Assembly (NCBI GenBank): GCA_963773095.1 | Contig: CAVYZY010000013.1 | Location: forward strand, 18,271 to 82,270 | DNA from: an uncultured Gemmatimonadales bacterium | GTDB lineage: Bacteria; Gemmatimonadota; Gemmatimonadetes; Gemmatimonadales; GWC2-71-9 | Direction: 5' to 3' | Length of the DNA: 64,000 nt | Shown here: piece after piece, positions 47,944 to 59,862 of the stretch | Layout of the letters: every line of letters begins with the position of its first letter | How positions within the stretch are numbered: the stretch's first letter is position 1 | The notes under the pieces: generated by a model | Database searches by the model: none | What the model was told of the DNA's origin: nothing | What the model saw: the letters and a program-made list of their open reading frames with translations, nothing else | Program-made: the position numbers and the translations under genes

Positions 47944-48525
47944 ATGCTTGCAGAATTCCGTCCCGCGCTGGTCCTGTTGGGGGCCTTCTCGCTGCTGACC
48001 GGGGTGGCGTATCCGGCCGCGGTCACACTCGGGGCGCGCGCACTCTTTCCGCGCGAGGCGGAGGGAAGCCTGATCCGCGATGGCGCCGCGATCCGCGGTT
48101 CCGAGCTCATCGGGCAGCCGTTCAGTGGCGTCAACTACTTCTGGAGCCGGCCGTCGGCCACCGGACCCGCCTACAACGCGGCCGGCTCCTCGGGATCCAA
48201 CCTGGGGCCCGCCAATCCTGCGCTGGCGCAGGCAGTGGCGGATCGCGTGGCCGCATTGCGCGCCGCCGATCCCGCGAACACGGCGCCGGTGCCTGTCGAT
48301 CTCGTCACCGCGTCTGGCAGCGGGATCGATCCACACATTACGCCGGCAGCCGCGGCGTATCAGGTCGCGCGAGTCGCGCGTGCCCGCACCCTGCCCGAGG
48401 CGCAGGTGCAGCAACTCGTTGCCGCGCACACCGAGGGTCGAACCTTCGGGGTGCTCGGTGAACCGCGGGTAAATGTGCTGGAACTCAACCTGGCGCTCGA
48501 CCAGCTCGGAACCTCGAAGCCATGA
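47944..48525 (+). CDS. kdpC: Potassium-transporting ATPase subunit C
   Basis: N-terminal TM helix. [27 protein letters not shown] and [11 protein letters not shown] are KdpC hallmarks. Confidence 0.95.
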   Translation: MLAEFRPALVLLGAFSLLTGVAYPAAVTLGARALFPREAEGSLIRDGAAIRGSELIGQPFSGVNYFWSRPSATGPAYNAAGSSGSNLGPANPALAQAVADRVAALRAADPANTAPVPVDLVTASGSGIDPHITPAAAAYQVARVARARTLPEAQVQQLVAAHTEGRTFGVLGEPRVNVLELNLALDQLGTSKP

Positions 48526-49721
48526 GCAGCCATCGTTGCTATGTGCTGACGCTCGCCGCCCTGCTTGGAACAGCTGCGACAGCGGTGCCCGCCGCGGCGC
48601 AGGAGGTCGCCAAGCCGGACAGCGCCGCCACGGCGGACACCACCGCCCAGCCGGTCGACGAGACGATTGGCCTCAAGCTCGGGGCCTTGCCGCTCTACCT
48701 CACGGGCTACGTGACGTCCTCCTTCACCTACTCGTTCGCGGCCACGGACAACCTCCTGGTGGGCCGGTTCTACGACCGGTACCAGAAGCAGTTCATGATC
48801 AACGCCGCCGAACTCGGCATCACCAAGCCGGTGGACACCAGCAAGCTGGACGCGGGCGCGCGGATCGAGCTCCTCTTCGGTCAGGACGCGGCGGTGACGC
48901 AGTCGGCCGGCTTCAACCTGGGCAGCAACGGGGACCTTCCCGAGGCCTATGTCACGCTGAACGTGCCGACCGGCGGGGCCGACCACTGGATCCAGTTCAA
49001 GCTGGGCAAGATGTGGACGATCATGGGCTACGAGGTGATCGACGACGTGCTCGACCCGAACCTCGACGTGGGCAACCAGTTCATCTATCTGGAGAACTTC
49101 ACCAACACCGGCCTGGGCGTCGACTTCAAGTTCGGGCCCAAGGTCGATGCCCAGCTCCGCATCATCAACGGCTGGGACGTGGTGGTGGACAACAACAGCG
49201 CCCTGTCCTTCATGGGGCGTCTCGGACTCACGCCGAGCCCGGCGGTGACCATCGGCCTGCTGGGCTTCGTCGGCGCGGAGCAGCCCGACAACAACGACAA
49301 CCTGCGGTACGGCTTCGAGGGGCTGGGCACGTTCAAGGTGGGGTCGAAGACGACGATCGTCGCCCAGTTCGACTATGGCGCGGAGCAGGGACTGCTGGCC
49401 GATCCCGATGCGAACGCCACGTGGTGGGGCGGGGGGCTCTGGTTCGTGCGGGAGCTCTCGTCGACGCTCAACCTGGCGCTGCGCGGCGACTACGTGGATG
49501 ACACGAACGGCGTGCGCACGTCTGGCGTCCTGGGCTATGCGGTGGCGGACGCCCGCAAGTTCGGCAGCGTCACCGCCACGCTCAACATCCACGTGTTCCC
49601 CAAGGCCACGATCCGGCCGGAGTTCCGGGTCGACTTCTCCAGCCTGGATGACTACGGCGAGGTCACCGACCCGACGAGCACCCAGCCCTCGATCGGCGTC
49701 GGGGCCACCTACCAGTTTTGA
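48522..49721 (+). CDS. Outer-membrane porin-like beta-barrel encoded inside the kdp operon
   Basis: Signal peptide [27 protein letters not shown]. Strand-like alternation throughout. C-terminal [12 protein letters not shown] overlap with the kdpC stop. Confidence 0.7.
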   Translation: MSSHRCYVLTLAALLGTAATAVPAAAQEVAKPDSAATADTTAQPVDETIGLKLGALPLYLTGYVTSSFTYSFAATDNLLVGRFYDRYQKQFMINAAELGITKPVDTSKLDAGARIELLFGQDAAVTQSAGFNLGSNGDLPEAYVTLNVPTGGADHWIQFKLGKMWTIMGYEVIDDVLDPNLDVGNQFIYLENFTNTGLGVDFKFGPKVDAQLRIINGWDVVVDNNSALSFMGRLGLTPSPAVTIGLLGFVGAEQPDNNDNLRYGFEGLGTFKVGSKTTIVAQFDYGAEQGLLADPDANATWWGGGLWFVRELSSTLNLALRGDYVDDTNGVRTSGVLGYAVADARKFGSVTATLNIHVFPKATIRPEFRVDFSSLDDYGEVTDPTSTQPSIGVGATYQF

Positions 49722-49764
49722 GACCGCAGTGACCGGGGCCGGCGCGGGAGTTATTCTCCAATGA

Positions 49765-52419
49765 ATGACTGACCCGCGACGGCCCGACCCCGATGCCCTG
49801 CTCGCCCTTGTCCGGGAGGAGGAGGCGCGGCAGCATCGCGGTCGGCTGAAACTGTTCTTTGGCGCGGCCCCGGGCGTGGGCAAGACCTACACCATGCTCG
49901 AGGCCGCGCGCGCGCGTCACGCCGAAGGCGTCGATGTGGTGGTCGGGGTGGTCGAGACCCACGGCCGCAGCGAGACCGCCCGCCTTACTGAGGGCCTCCC
50001 TCTTCTTCCCCGGCGTACCATCGACTACAAGGGCAGCGTGCTGCAGGAGTTTGACCTCGACGCCGCCCTGGCGCGGAAACCGGGGCTCATCCTCATGGAC
50101 GAGCTGGCCCACACCAACGCACCCGGCGGCCGGCATGGCAAGCGGTGGCAGGACGTGCTCGAGCTGCTCGATGCCGGCATCGACGTGTACACCACGCTCA
50201 ACGTGCAGCACGTCGAGAGCCTCAACGACGTGGTGGCGCAGATCACCGGTGTTACCGTGCGCGAGACGGTGCCCGATGCGCTGCTGGAGCGCGCCGACGA
50301 GATCGAGCTGGTCGATGTCTCGCCCGACGTGCTGCTCCAGCGGCTGCGTGAGGGGCGAGTGTACGTGCCCGAGCAGGCGAGCCGCGCCCTCGAGCGCTTC
50401 TTCCGCGAGGGCAACCTCATTGCCCTCCGGGAACTGGCGCTGCGGCAGACGGCGCACCGTGTCGATGCCCAGATGCGCGGCTATATGCGGAGCCAGGGGA
50501 TCCGGGATACCTGGGCCGCGACCGACCGCCTCGCGGTGTGCATCGGTCCCGATCCTGCCGCGCCGCGCCTCATTCGCGCTGCCCGCCGGATGGCGGAACG
50601 ACTGCAGGCCCAGTGGACCGCGGTCTTCGTCGAGGTCCCTGGTCAGGTGAGTGAGGACGCCCGTGAGGCCATCGTGCGTGCCTTCCGCCTCGCCGAGGAA
50701 CTCGGTGGCGAGACCATCACGCTGAGCGGGGCAAGCGTGGCGGACGAGATCATGGCCTGGGCGCAGGAACGCAACGTCACGCGGCTCATCGTCGGCAAGC
50801 CTCAGCGGGCGGGACTGCGCGCCCGGCTTCGCGGTTCCCTGCTCGCCGCGCTCGTGGAGAAGAGCGGCAGCATCGACGTGTTCGTGATCACGGGCGATGC
50901 GGACGAATCCCAGCCGCCGGCGCCGTTCCGGCGTCCGCCGCCGGCGGCACAGTATGCCTGGGCTGTCGGTGTCGTCGCCCTGGCCACGGCGGTCGGGCTC
51001 GCCCTCCGGTCGGTGCTCAGCACCACGGACATTGCCATGCTCTATCTGCTGGCGGCGGTGGTCGTGGGGTTGCGCGTGCGGCAGCGCCCGGCGCTCCTCG
51101 CCTCGGTGCTCAGCATCGCCCTCTTCGACTTCTGCTTCGTACCGCCATACTACACCTTTGCGGTCCACGACATCACGTACACACTCACGTTCGGGATGAT
51201 GCTGGCCATTGCCATCATCATGAGCCGGCTCACCGGACGGATCCGGGAGCAGGCCGATGCGTCGCGGGCCCGGGAGCAGCGCACTGCGAGCGCGTTTGCG
51301 CTCAGCCGCGAGATGGCCGCCGCCCGCGAGCCGTCCGAGATCACCGCCGCCGCGACGCACCACATCGAGGACGCCTTCGCCGGCCGCGTCATGTTCCTGC
51401 TGGGCGATGCCAGCGAACTCGGGAGCGACGGCGTCGCGCGTTGGGCCTTCGAGCACGGGCAGATGGCCGGCCTCGGCACGAGCACCCTTCCCGCCTCGCC
51501 CGCGCTGTACCTGCCGCTGCAGGCCTCGGACCGGGTATTCGGTGTGGTGCGGGTGGAACCGCTCGATGCCCAGGACGTCGTGGACCCGGAACGCCGGCAG
51601 CAGCTGGAGTCGTTCGTGCGCCAGGCCGCCGTGGCGCTCGAGCGCTCCGCCCTCGCCGAGCGGAACCAGGCCAGCCGCATGGAAGTGGAGGCCGAGCGCC
51701 TCCGCACCACCCTGCTGAGCTCGTTGTCCCATGACCTTCGCACCCCGCTCGGCAGCATCGAGGGCGCGGCGAGCAGCTTGCTGGAAGAGGACTCGGCACT
51801 CTCCCAGGACACCCGGCGGGAACTGGCCGAGACGATTCTCGAGGAATCGCGCCGGATGACCCGCCTCGTCGCCAACCTGCTCGACATGATCAGGGTGGAA
51901 AGCGGCGCACTCACCGTGCAGAAGCAATGGGTGCCGCTCGAGGAGGTGGTTGGCGTTGCGCTCATCCGGCTCGATGCACGGCTCGCCGGCCGCCCGGTGA
52001 CGACCAGCTTCCCCCCTGACTTGCCACTGGTTTCGGTCGACGACATCCTCATGGAGCAGGTCTTTATCAACCTCCTCGAGAACGCGGCCAAGTACACGCC
52101 GGCTGGCAGCCCCATCGAGATCTCAGCCACTGCACGCGATGGCGAGGTGACGGTGACCGTGGCCGATCACGGGCCGGGCATCCCGTCAGGCGACGAGTTG
52201 AAGATCTTCGAGAAGTTCTACCGCGCACCGCAGGGCGACATCGTTGGCGGGGTGGGACTCGGCCTCGCCATCTGCCGCGGGATCGTGCTGGCGCACGGAG
52301 GCCGCATCTGGGCCGAGCACCGGCCGGGCGGGGGAACGCTGCTGCGGTTCACCATTCCGCAGGACGGGCCCCCGCCTCGCGCGGCGGCAGCGGATCTGAT
52401 CGAGGAGGAGGCCCTGTGA
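49765..52419 (+). CDS. kdpD: Sensor histidine kinase KdpD
   Basis: N-terminal KdpD domain (LKLFFGAAPGVGKTYTML). Usp-like domain. Four TM helices. GAF-like region. H-box SLSHDLRTPL. HATPase (VADHGPGIP, GLGLAICRGIV). Confidence 0.95.
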   Translation: MTDPRRPDPDALLALVREEEARQHRGRLKLFFGAAPGVGKTYTMLEAARARHAEGVDVVVGVVETHGRSETARLTEGLPLLPRRTIDYKGSVLQEFDLDAALARKPGLILMDELAHTNAPGGRHGKRWQDVLELLDAGIDVYTTLNVQHVESLNDVVAQITGVTVRETVPDALLERADEIELVDVSPDVLLQRLREGRVYVPEQASRALERFFREGNLIALRELALRQTAHRVDAQMRGYMRSQGIRDTWAATDRLAVCIGPDPAAPRLIRAARRMAERLQAQWTAVFVEVPGQVSEDAREAIVRAFRLAEELGGETITLSGASVADEIMAWAQERNVTRLIVGKPQRAGLRARLRGSLLAALVEKSGSIDVFVITGDADESQPPAPFRRPPPAAQYAWAVGVVALATAVGLALRSVLSTTDIAMLYLLAAVVVGLRVRQRPALLASVLSIALFDFCFVPPYYTFAVHDITYTLTFGMMLAIAIIMSRLTGRIREQADASRAREQRTASAFALSREMAAAREPSEITAAATHHIEDAFAGRVMFLLGDASELGSDGVARWAFEHGQMAGLGTSTLPASPALYLPLQASDRVFGVVRVEPLDAQDVVDPERRQQLESFVRQAAVALERSALAERNQASRMEVEAERLRTTLLSSLSHDLRTPLGSIEGAASSLLEEDSALSQDTRRELAETILEESRRMTRLVANLLDMIRVESGALTVQKQWVPLEEVVGVALIRLDARLAGRPVTTSFPPDLPLVSVDDILMEQVFINLLENAAKYTPAGSPIEISATARDGEVTVTVADHGPGIPSGDELKIFEKFYRAPQGDIVGGVGLGLAICRGIVLAHGGRIWAEHRPGGGTLLRFTIPQDGPPPRAAAADLIEEEAL

Positions 52420-53105
52420 CCGAGGGCCCGCTGGTCCTCCTGGTCGAGGATGAACCGGCCATGCGTCGCTTCCTCAGGGCCGCGCTGGGAACTCACTCCT
52501 TTACCCTCATCGAGGCGGGCACCATGCGCGAGGGCCTGGCCCAGGCTGCCGGCCGCAATCCCGACGTGATCCTCCTCGATCTGGGCCTGCCTGATGGGGA
52601 CGGGCTCGATGCGACCCGCCAGCTTCGCGAATGGACGAGGACACCGATCATCGTGCTCTCGGCCAGGGGCCAGGAGGGAGACAAGATCGCAGCCCTGGAT
52701 GCCGGTGCCGACGACTACCTCACGAAGCCGTTCAGCGTGGGCGAGCTGCTCGCGCGCATGCGGGTGGCGCTGCGCCACCAGGCGAGCGGCGGCGAGGTGC
52801 CGCAACTCTTCGAGGCCGGCGCGCTGCGCGTCGACCTCGCCCGCCGCACCGTGACGGTGGGAGGGAGCGAGGTGCACCTCACGCCCACCGAGTACAAGCT
52901 GCTCGCAGTAATGGTGAAGCATGCGGGCAAGGTCCTCACCCACCGGCAACTCCTGCTCGAGGTCTGGGGAGCGCACACGGCGACCCAGACCCAGGCGCTC
53001 CGCGTCTATGTCACCCAGCTCCGCCACAAGATCGAGCAGGACCCCGCTCGGCCCCGCCTGTTGATCACTGAGCCCGGTGTGGGGTACAGGCTCAAGGACG
53101 CCTGA
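52416..53105 (+). CDS. kdpE: Response regulator KdpE (OmpR family)
   Basis: REC domain (LLVEDEPAMRRFL..PDVILLDLGLPDGDG) plus a winged-helix domain (LTPTEYKLLAVM..VYVTQLRHKIE..GVGYRL). The start overlaps the kdpD stop. Confidence 0.93.
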   Translation: MTEGPLVLLVEDEPAMRRFLRAALGTHSFTLIEAGTMREGLAQAAGRNPDVILLDLGLPDGDGLDATRQLREWTRTPIIVLSARGQEGDKIAALDAGADDYLTKPFSVGELLARMRVALRHQASGGEVPQLFEAGALRVDLARRTVTVGGSEVHLTPTEYKLLAVMVKHAGKVLTHRQLLLEVWGAHTATQTQALRVYVTQLRHKIEQDPARPRLLITEPGVGYRLKDA

Positions 53106-53171
53106 GCCCTTGCTCCACCGGGCACCTGCCCCTTTCCTTCCTGTCCCCTGATACCGAGTGAGTACCGGCCA

Positions 53172-55066
<1,895 letters not shown>

Positions 55067-55073
55067 TCTTCTG

Positions 55074-55988
55074 ATGCGCCGCCTCTTCTACGCATTGCTC
55101 GTGCTGGCGGCGTCGGCCACGCGCGCGCACGCCCAGCACTTCGGTCTCGAGCTCGACCGCGACAGCGTCAGGCTCGGCGAGGTCGTGGTGCTGCGTGCCC
55201 GGATCCACATCGGGCCACAGCAGACGCTCGCGAGCCCGGTGCCGGTGGTGGCGGAAGGCCTCCCCGATGGCGCCCGGGTGGTGGGCGTCGATTCGCTGCA
55301 GCACCAGCAGGATCGCACACTGCTCCTCGGCAATGTGCGGATGGCGTTCCTGCGCACCGGACGCCTTCGCATCCCACCGCTGCGCGTCATCGTCAAGGCC
55401 ACCCCCGACGACCGCGGCTTCCCGCTCGAGAGTGAGCCGCTGTCCATCGACGTCGTGCCCTCGCTGCCCGCCGGCAGTCCCACGCTCAAGGACATCCGCG
55501 ACCAGCTTCCCGAGCAGCGGGTCGATCCGCTGCTGGTCGTTGCCGCGGTTGCCGTGGGCGCCGGCCTCCTCTGGCTGGCGCGTCGCCGCCTCGCGCGCCG
55601 CCCGGTCGCGCGGCCGGTCGTCATCGCCGCTGACGGCGTGGCGACCCCCGCCGACGTGGCCCGCGCGGCCCTGAGCCGCATCGAGCAGGAGGGCTGGGTG
55701 GAGCGGGGCGAGATGGCGCGGCACTATGAGGCGATTGCGGCGGTGATGCGGGAGTACCTCGAGTCGATCGACCCCAGGGTTCATGCGGCCCAGACGTCCA
55801 CTGAGTTGCTTCGCGTGCTCGCGAGCCGCCGGTCCAACGGAACCTGGCATGGCACGGCGCGGCTCTTCGGCGATGCCGACCTCGTGAAATTTGCCGGTGT
55901 CTCGCCCGACGCGAGGACGGCGCGGGCCTATGCCGCGGGCGCCCGCACCGTCATCGATGCCTGGGCGTCGCCAGGGGAGCACGGCTGA
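55074..55988 (+). CDS. Membrane-anchored hypothetical protein of the Bat operon (DUF4381/BatD-like position)
   Basis: Signal peptide MRRLFYALLVLAASATRAHAQ, beta-rich ectodomain, single TM LLVVAAVAVGAGLLWLARRRL, helical C-terminus. Start trimmed from track ORF 54444. Confidence 0.6.
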   Translation: MRRLFYALLVLAASATRAHAQHFGLELDRDSVRLGEVVVLRARIHIGPQQTLASPVPVVAEGLPDGARVVGVDSLQHQQDRTLLLGNVRMAFLRTGRLRIPPLRVIVKATPDDRGFPLESEPLSIDVVPSLPAGSPTLKDIRDQLPEQRVDPLLVVAAVAVGAGLLWLARRRLARRPVARPVVIAADGVATPADVARAALSRIEQEGWVERGEMARHYEAIAAVMREYLESIDPRVHAAQTSTELLRVLASRRSNGTWHGTARLFGDADLVKFAGVSPDARTARAYAAGARTVIDAWASPGEHG

Positions 55989-56977
55989 TGCGCTTCGCCA
56001 GCCCCTGGCTGCTCCTCCTGCTGTTGCTGCCGCTGCTGCGCCTCTGGCTCCGCCGCCGGGACGAACGTCGTCGCGACGGCACCGTCGCGTGGGTGTCGGC
56101 TGGCGTGCTCGAGGGGCTCCCGCGCACCCCGCGTGCGCGGCTGGCCCCGCTGCCGCGATGGCTGGAGTTTGCCGGTGCGGCGCTGCTGGTCCTGGCGCTC
56201 GCGCGTCCCCAGCTCGACGCCGGCAAGGAGCAGATCCGGCTCCGCTCGCGAAACATCATCGTGGCGCTCGACATCTCGAGCAGCATGAAGGCCACCGATT
56301 TCCAGCCCGGCAACCGGCTCATGGTGGCCCGCTCCACGCTGCGTGACTTCGTCGCCCGGCGCGAGGGCGACCTCGTGGGCCTCGTCATTTTCTCTGGGAA
56401 GGCCTTCCTCCAGGCGCCACTCACCGCCGACATGTCCCTGATCGGTCGGATGCTCGACCTGACCGACATCGGCCAGCTGCCCGACGGCACCGCTATCGGG
56501 ACGGCGTTGGCGGTGAGCATCAACCAGCTGAAGCAGCTCCCTGCGGCGTCGAGCACCGTAGTGCTCATCACCGACGGCGCTAACAACACCGGCGCCCCGA
56601 CGCTGCCCCAGGCCACCGAGATGGCACGGGCGCTCGGCATCCGCGTGCACGCCATCGGCCTCACCTCGGCCGATACCACCTCGTACGACCTGAACGGCGT
56701 CTGGAGCGTACGCACCCGCGCGGCCATGCTGTCGAAGCGCGACGAGGAAACCCTGCGGCGCGTCGCCGAGCGCACCGGCGGCACCTTTGCGCGGGCCAGC
56801 GATCCCGCGGCCCTCGACAGCGTCATGCGGGCCATCGATCCACTCGAGCGCACCGAGGTGCCCATCCGCGAGGTGCGCGACCACCGCGAGCTCTTTCCGG
56901 TCGTCCTTTCGTTTGGGCTGCTGCTGCTCGGGATGCAGGCCCTCCTCAGCGCCACCTGGCTCCGGACAGTGCCATGA
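55988..56977 (+). CDS. batA: vWA domain protein BatA
   Basis: N-terminal PWLLLLLLLPLL TM. vWA MIDAS motif (IIVALDISSSM). VLITDGANN. C-terminal TM. Confidence 0.85.
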   Translation: MRFASPWLLLLLLLPLLRLWLRRRDERRRDGTVAWVSAGVLEGLPRTPRARLAPLPRWLEFAGAALLVLALARPQLDAGKEQIRLRSRNIIVALDISSSMKATDFQPGNRLMVARSTLRDFVARREGDLVGLVIFSGKAFLQAPLTADMSLIGRMLDLTDIGQLPDGTAIGTALAVSINQLKQLPAASSTVVLITDGANNTGAPTLPQATEMARALGIRVHAIGLTSADTTSYDLNGVWSVRTRAAMLSKRDEETLRRVAERTGGTFARASDPAALDSVMRAIDPLERTEVPIREVRDHRELFPVVLSFGLLLLGMQALLSATWLRTVP

Positions 56978-58692
56978 TCTTCGCCGTCCCCGCCGCGCTC
57001 GCGTTGCTGGTCGCAATGCCGTTTGCCGCGGCATGGCTCATCCGCCATGCCCAGGCGGCTCGCGCCGCGGCGCTTGCATCGCTCGGCGATCCTGCCGTCC
57101 TCGCGCGCACCGGCATGCGGGTGGATCCGCAGCCGCGCCGGATCCGGGCGCTGCTCCGCACGGCGGCTCTCGCCTTCGGGCTGTTGGCGCTCGCCCGCCC
57201 TCAGGGCGGCGCGAACGACACCCGCTCCAGTCGCTCCGGTCGCGACCTGCTCGTGGCGCTTGACCTGTCGCGCTCGACGCTGGTGCAGGATGCCGACGGC
57301 ACCAGGCTCGATCGCGCCAAGGCGCTGGCGAAAGACCTCGCCGACCAGCTTCCCGGCGATCGCGTGGGCCTCGTCATCTTCGGCGGCGCCGCCTTCCTGC
57401 AGTTGCCGCTCACCAGCGACCACGCGGTGTTCGACCGCTTCCTCGATGCGGCGTCACCGACGGCGATCGATGATCCCAGTACTGACCTGTCCGCTGCCCT
57501 CGACGTGGGTCGTACCGTGTTCGAGCACGAGGGCGGCGATGGTCACCGCGCCATCGTGCTGCTCACCGACGGTGAGCGGAGCGAGGGCAACCTCGACCGC
57601 CCGCTGGAGCAGCTCGGCGAAGCGCACATTCCCGTGTTTGCGCTCGGCATCGGAACGCCGGCGGGAGGGTTCGTTCCCGCCGATCCCACGGCCCCCGGTG
57701 ATTCGGCCAGCCGCTGGCATCTCGACAACATCGGGCGGCCCGCAGAGTCGCGACTCGACGAGAAGACCCTCCGTCGCATCACGGAGACCTCGGGTGGCGC
57801 CTACGCCCGCTGGGACGACCGCGCCGCGCGGAAGGAGCTGGTGACCGCCATCCGTCGTGTCGCGGAACGGCCGCTGGGCACGCAGCGAGTGCCGCAGCAT
57901 GTCGAATGGTTCCAGTGGCCGCTGGGCGTGGCCGTGCTCTTCCTGGCGCTGGAGACCCTGTTCGTCCTCGGTTGGCGCCGCCGCGCCGCGCTGGTACCGG
58001 CGCTCGCCGCCGCGCTGCTGCTGGTCGTGGTGGGATGCGGCGGCGAGGGCGGCGCCTTCCGCCGGGCCGTGCGGCTCTACCACAAGAGCCGTTACCCCGA
58101 GTCGTTCGCGCTCTACCAGGGGTCACTGGCCCAGTCGAAGAACCCGCTGGTACAGCTCGGGGCCGGGAACGCCGGCTATCGCGTGAGCCGGTTCGAGGAT
58201 GCGGCGGTGCACTTGCAGGCGGCGGCGGGGTCGACCGGAACGGAGATCCGCGCCGTCGCGCTGTTCAATCTCGGCAACGCCTGGTTCCGCGCGGGCCAGG
58301 CGTCGAAGGAGCGCGCTGCCGACTTCTACGACCGCGCCATCGCTGCGTATGAGGAGGTGCTGCTGGCCTCACCCGCTGACGACAACGCGCGCTGGAACCT
58401 GGAACTCGCCCTCAAGAAGCGCGACGAGGTCGAGAGTTCTGGCTCACCGGGCCGTGGCGGACGGGCGCTGGCGGGGCAGAGCAGTGGCACCCAGGAGGGC
58501 CTGAACGGCGAGCGGGAACAGGCCGTCGGTGCCATGGCCGGTGGCGGGTCGGGCGACGCCGCTGGTGAATCGGCGGAGGAGCTGAGCGAGGAAGAAGCGC
58601 GGAAACTCCTCGAATCGGTGGAGCGACAGCAGCTCTCGGAACACGAGGGCCGGCGGCCCAAGGGCAACGGAGGTGACGGCCGGGACTGGTAG
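56974..58692 (+). CDS. batB: vWA + TPR protein (BatB/BatC-like fusion)
   Basis: vWA domain (LLVALDLSRS, VLLTDGERSEG). TM segment. TPR-like helices (AVALFNLGNAWFRAGQ..DFYDRAIAAYEEVL). Acidic C-terminal tail. Confidence 0.8.
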   Translation: MIFAVPAALALLVAMPFAAAWLIRHAQAARAAALASLGDPAVLARTGMRVDPQPRRIRALLRTAALAFGLLALARPQGGANDTRSSRSGRDLLVALDLSRSTLVQDADGTRLDRAKALAKDLADQLPGDRVGLVIFGGAAFLQLPLTSDHAVFDRFLDAASPTAIDDPSTDLSAALDVGRTVFEHEGGDGHRAIVLLTDGERSEGNLDRPLEQLGEAHIPVFALGIGTPAGGFVPADPTAPGDSASRWHLDNIGRPAESRLDEKTLRRITETSGGAYARWDDRAARKELVTAIRRVAERPLGTQRVPQHVEWFQWPLGVAVLFLALETLFVLGWRRRAALVPALAAALLLVVVGCGGEGGAFRRAVRLYHKSRYPESFALYQGSLAQSKNPLVQLGAGNAGYRVSRFEDAAVHLQAAAGSTGTEIRAVALFNLGNAWFRAGQASKERAADFYDRAIAAYEEVLLASPADDNARWNLELALKKRDEVESSGSPGRGGRALAGQSSGTQEGLNGEREQAVGAMAGGGSGDAAGESAEELSEEEARKLLESVERQQLSEHEGRRPKGNGGDGRDW

Positions 58693-58904
58693 GTTCCTCG
58701 GACAATTCTTGACTGCACTGCGTGCCACACGCCACGGGTGGCCCATCATGCCCGCGTCAGGGGTCGCTCGCACTCCGCTTGTACCCGTCGCCGACTCCCG
58801 TAACGCCCTGCAGTCACAAGGCTTGGCCCAGCCTGGCAATCCTGGGGCCGGCGCGGCGCGATCGATGCATTGTGTCCCACCCGATACCCGCAGGAGCCCC
58901 ACGC

Positions 58905-59837
58905 ATGCTGTTGCACCGGTCCATTTCGCCGAACTCAGATCGCCCCGCCGCACGGCGCCGCGTCTGCGCAGCCTTGCTTGCCACTGGTGCCATACTGGCA
59001 CTCGAGGCGAGCCATCCAGCCTGGAGCGACAACACGGCGTGGGTCGGCGTCGAGTGGCTCGCGAGCGGAGACGTGCCGGCGAGTGCCTACGATCCCGCCA
59101 CGACGGCACTGCTGAGCGACATCCAGCGTAGCACCTGGGCCTTCATCGCGCGCCGTGCGCTCGGACTGGTCGACTCGATCCCGGTGGTACCGCTGCCCCG
59201 CGAACTGGTGGACCCGCTCACCCTCGGCGTCTACGCGGCCCCGCACGACATGGTGTATCTGCGGACCTCCCATCACGCCCCGCGCACCGACGCGACCAGC
59301 GAGGCGATCGATGGAGTGCCGATCGGGACGTTTCAGGTGTACGTGCATGAACTGGTGCACGCGAGCCAGGCGCGGGATCCCGAGGCGTGGCGCGCGTTGT
59401 TCCGGGGAGTTCCGCGCCAGAAGGACATCCGGCGCTACGGCGCGCTCAATCCGCTCGAGCAGCAGGCCGACGCCGCGAGCTGGGCCCTCACGACGCTGGT
59501 GCTCGAGCGAAAGCACGAATGGGTCCGTCACCCCGTGGCCGAGACGAGCCAGGAAATGCCGGGGGTCAAGCGGATGCTGGGGATCTTCCTGAGGCATCCG
59601 GTATTCACCAGCCAGCTGGACAGCCTCGGGCGCTGGCGCGCCGATTCTACCGTGGTGCCGGGCGACTCCGTGCTCGCCGACCGGCTCTTCCGGCCCGTGT
59701 CGAACAATGCCTGGTCGCGTGCGCTGGCTGTGTTCGGGCTGCAGCAGGAAGATCCGCGCTGGTGGCGCTGGATGCAGGTGGTCGGTCAGCTCCCCGCTGC
59801 CAGCCCCGACACAACGGGGCCAGTTTCCGCGGAGTAA
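58905..59837 (+). CDS. Hypothetical secreted/anchored protein with an HExxH motif
   Basis: AGGAG RBS 8 nt upstream of the ATG. N-terminal hydrophobic segment VCAALLATGAILAL. FQVYVHELVHASQ contains HELVH (zincin-like). No wider family recognised. Confidence 0.55.
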   Translation: MLLHRSISPNSDRPAARRRVCAALLATGAILALEASHPAWSDNTAWVGVEWLASGDVPASAYDPATTALLSDIQRSTWAFIARRALGLVDSIPVVPLPRELVDPLTLGVYAAPHDMVYLRTSHHAPRTDATSEAIDGVPIGTFQVYVHELVHASQARDPEAWRALFRGVPRQKDIRRYGALNPLEQQADAASWALTTLVLERKHEWVRHPVAETSQEMPGVKRMLGIFLRHPVFTSQLDSLGRWRADSTVVPGDSVLADRLFRPVSNNAWSRALAVFGLQQEDPRWWRWMQVVGQLPAASPDTTGPVSAE

Positions 59838-59862
59838 CCCACCCGCCTCACCCGCCCTGCCG

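Noticed and set aside
49663-51927. 754-aa minus-strand ORF antisense to kdpD
   Set aside because: Shadow-frame composition and no motifs. The plus-strand KdpD is full-length and canonical.
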